From Nitrospirales bacterium (GTDB lineage Bacteria; Nitrospirota; Nitrospiria; Nitrospirales; UBA8639), in NCBI GenBank assembly GCA_965203295.1, contig CBDBCZ010000014.1, forward strand, positions 576,001 to 640,000: a DNA stretch of 64,000 nt, in the 5' to 3' direction. Made by a program: the position numbers and the translations under genes. The notes under the pieces are model-generated. The model saw only the letters and a program-made list of their open reading frames with translations, made no database searches and was not told where the DNA came from. Shown here one piece after another: positions 61,801 to 64,000 of this stretch (positions within the stretch are counted from its first letter, which is position 1; each line of letters opens with the position of its first letter).

Positions 61801-64000
61801 ACGGATTCCCACCTTTAGTTTAATTATTCTTCTAGTGCGATGTGAAAGGGGGCTGTCAGTATGTAGGACATTTTCTTACAAGATTTGAGCTTAACCATGC
61901 GTTGCTTACTGAAGTTGTAATCTCTAGAGATATAACTACATAGACCATAATTGTTTCTCACTCTCTGAATTAACTGCATGAGATAAGGAGTGTGTACGTA
62001 TGCTTACTTAGAGTGGGGAAGCTGTTACTTTTCCTCTCTCTCTGGTAGCTAGAGGCTGTGGCTTTTGGTATCTCTGGAATACAGAGACAGATTCCCAATT
62101 AGCTAGGAATGCGTACCTTTCCTGACTTTGTGTGATCTCAACGTGGGCTGTCAGGGGTACCGCGCGCATGCAGAAATAAAGTGGAATGCGTTACAGGGAA
62201 ATTTGACAGGAAATCTGGCAGTTTAGGTACAGGACAGTATAGGATAGGGTAGAATTTCCTTTAAAATCATGAAATTCTGCCCTATCCTATACTACCTTAA
62301 ATTGTACCTGAAATACCAGATTTTCTGTCAAATTTCCTTGTAACACGTTTCAGGAAATTCCACTTTTTTCTACATTTTTTTACTGTACATGGTTGCTTAC
62401 ATGATTCCTTCTAGAGCTGCTTGCCGCGATTAGGTACTGCATAGTTTGTCTATTTTCACATTTTGTTCTGTCTGCTGTCTTTAAAGGAGAACTATGAACG
62501 CTAAATTAGAGCTGGGATGTGTTTGGGAAGCAGTCAATTATTTTTTCTCCCTGGTAGCTAGAGAGTGTGGCTCTTAGCATCTTCAAAATGCAAGGACTGA
62601 TTTCCTATTAGTTGTGCAAAGAAATATCCTTACTTCAATTCTTCAAATACAATATTTCACGGAGTGGGCTCTTAGTGGTACGAATCCTTACACGGTTCTT
62701 TCTAGAGTTGCTTGCTGATGTAGTATACTGTATTAATTTACTAGTTGTTTACCACCTATTGTTTGTACCGAATATCTCTAGCAGATCATTGTGAGAACAT
62801 ATGAAAAGTAATAGATGTAGGGCGGGGATGAAATTAGGAAGCAGTAGCTGCTCCAATTCTCTCTGGTAGAGAGAGGTTGTGGCTTTTGGTGTCCACCCTT
62901 CTTCAGGTATTGAAGTGCTATCTCAAAGTGGGCTGTCAGGGGTAGTGTTCCTGACTTGGTTCCTTACACGGTTCCATCTAGAGCAGCGTATTACGATTTT
63001 GTACTGCATATAATTTGGTTTGTTTTCACATTTATCCTGTCTTCTTTCCCTAAAGAATCATTGTGTTCACATGTGGAGAGTAAAGTATGCACTTACCAGA
63101 GTAGGCAATTATTTGGGAAGCACTAACTGCTCCAATTCTCTCTGCTAGGAATACACTGATCTCAAAGTTGGCTATCAGTACAAGACACGGTTCCTTATTA
63201 GACGTTTCTTCAACTGTTGATTATTAATGGCTCATTCCACTTTGCTTATTGAAGTTGTGTTCTGTGTGACTAATTATCTCCCACCTATGTTTCATTTTAG
63301 CAATCACTAATGGCAAACACAAGAAAGGTAATGTGTACAATTAATTAGAGTTGGAAATGAAATTGGGAATTTGGTTCAATAACCTCCCTGTTCCTTGAAT
63401 AAAGACTTCATTCTTCTGTACTTTAATTCAACCTCAGCGTGATCTGCATACTGTTTCTTGCGCAGTAAGAGCTACATGTAGTAAGTTTAGCTTGGTCATA
63501 CCTAAGTACATGCATGGTCTACGTTATTGTACACACATTCGTAGGCATACAGCAGATCTAGAGCTCAGCCTGTCCAGGTAGCTAGAGTGCGATAATATTT
63601 CCTAGGCGCTACCGTATTTCCTAGTACTAGTAAATTGAATCGCTCAGCGATAGTATTTCCTAGTAAATTTTGTCGCCGCGATCGAATTTCCGAGCGATCG
63701 AATTTACTGTGACACCGTGTCTTGTACTGACAGCCAACTTTGAGATCAGTGCATATTCCTAGCAGAGAGAATTGGAGCCGTACCTCTCATTTCATGTATT
63801 ATTGGTATCGAGAACGCACAATGAACCGACAGCTAGCTAAGAAAAAGGAACCACGAAGTAAATAAATGCGGGGGCGGGGCACGCTACGATATGCGCCACG
63901 CGCGTCAATGCTTTTCGCGCCAGCTCACGCAGCTCTTGACTGCGTAAGAAAGTTGAACTCTCTAGAATTAAAGTGCGGAAGAATGAAGTCTCTACTCAAG

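Larger units (their letters stand above)
45868..64000 (+). repeat. Segmental duplication copy C (direct repeat of A, inverted relative to B); continues into spacer-1 sequence to the window end
   Basis: Offset from A is ~46367 at the start (2165 vs 48532) and 47696 at the end (14916 vs 62612). 63378-64000 repeats 15682-~16295. Confidence 0.97.

Overview
Eukaryotic (animal) genomic DNA. The short introns and MITE families look demosponge-like, but that is inference only. The window is almost entirely one ~16-kb cassette present three times in alternating orientation: copy A (+, 1-15681), copy B (-, 18814-35362) and copy C (+, 45868 to the window end). These form two giant back-to-back palindromes with complex spacers (15682-18813 and 37594-39867) plus a 2806-bp tandem duplication. 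Each cassette carries a disrupted CEP78-like gene, a CDC50/TMEM30-like gene with a U12-type intron, a tRNA-Thr(AGT)-like unit, several MITEs and a block of degenerate modular repeats. The most striking observation is that the two ends of what looks like one Ginger-type transposon insertion now sit at the two different palindrome centres. The ends have TGT...ACA termini and a CCGT target duplication, and one end carries a PHD-finger remnant. This suggests the transposon was involved in the inverted amplification. Copy-specific insertions include three Helitron/Helentron-like non-autonomous elements (TT...CTAG) and Kolobok-like TTAA elements; tiny P-like footprints are shared by all three copies. 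No database searches were run. Family assignments come from terminal motifs and remembered protein motifs.
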